Assembly (NCBI RefSeq): GCF_009834535.1
Contig: NC_045697.1
Coordinates: 118,980,001-119,044,000, forward strand
DNA from: Camelus ferus
Taxonomy: Eukaryota
Direction: 5' to 3'
Length of the DNA: 64,000 nucleotides
Positions 63,801 to 64,000 of the stretch are shown piece after piece. The position numbers were made by a program, and so were the translations under genes. Numbering within the stretch: the stretch's first letter is position 1; every line of letters begins with the position of its first letter. The notes beneath the pieces were generated by a model, which worked only from the letters and a program-made list of their open reading frames with translations, had not been told where the DNA came from and did no database searches.

Positions 63801-64000
63801 GCATGTGGAGAGACTTTCGTTCATCTAGAACAAAGGGAACTTGTTGCAGGAGAAACTTTTATTCTGGTTTCTCAGTGTATTTCCTAGTACCGGTTTGAAT
63901 TTCCTGCAGTTTTCACTGTTAAACCGAGTTGGAACTATTAACTCCCCATATATATGTATGGAGTGGAATTTGCACCTGAAAGGAAACGTTCTGTTCCCTA
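57866..64000 (-). repeat. Same ~249 bp satellite in reverse-complement orientation (~25 monomers)
   Basis: Reads as the reverse complement of the consensus, e.g. cctagtgccggtttgaagttcctgcagttttcactgtaaaaccgagttggagctagtacctcccc, throughout and up to the window end. Confidence 0.97.

Noticed and set aside
20005..64000. Dozens of similar 60-140 aa ORFs (e.g. MCVKAVLQLACWENK..., MCESRPS...) resembling a gene family
   Set aside because: They are translations of satellite monomers on both strands and in different frames, many starting at GTG/TTG and broken by stops and indels from copy to copy.
20005..64000. CRISPR-like or other repeat-spacer array
   Set aside because: There are no unique spacers: the whole 249-bp unit repeats. 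The context is mammalian and no cas genes are present.

Overview
Mammalian (eutherian) genomic scaffold. It is most likely camelid, inferred from a young L1 3'-end type and the absence of recognisable Bov-A/BovB/PRE-1/CHR SINEs. It has three contigs joined by two exactly 100-N gaps (19905-20004, 57766-57865). Contig 1 (1-19904) is ordinary intronic/intergenic DNA with old interspersed repeats (MIR, L2, L1, an MLT1 LTR), a TE-poor homeobox-motif-rich block and several unverified splice-site-bounded exon or microexon candidates; no protein-coding gene could be identified. Contig 2 (20005-57765) is an uninterrupted tandem satellite of ~248-249 bp monomers (~152 copies), organised into local higher-order repeats (HORs): 21-mer/16-mer, 7-mer and 22-mer/20-mer. 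Contig 3 (57866-64000) is the same satellite in the opposite orientation, and 58470-62176 is a near-identical reverse complement of 20005-23697. This is either a real inversion or a mis-oriented overlapping contig. The monomer lacks a canonical CENP-B box but is dense in short dyad symmetries. No prokaryotic system, CRISPR array or RNA gene was seen; the satellite ORFs are spurious. All repeat calls are by eye, with approximate boundaries.
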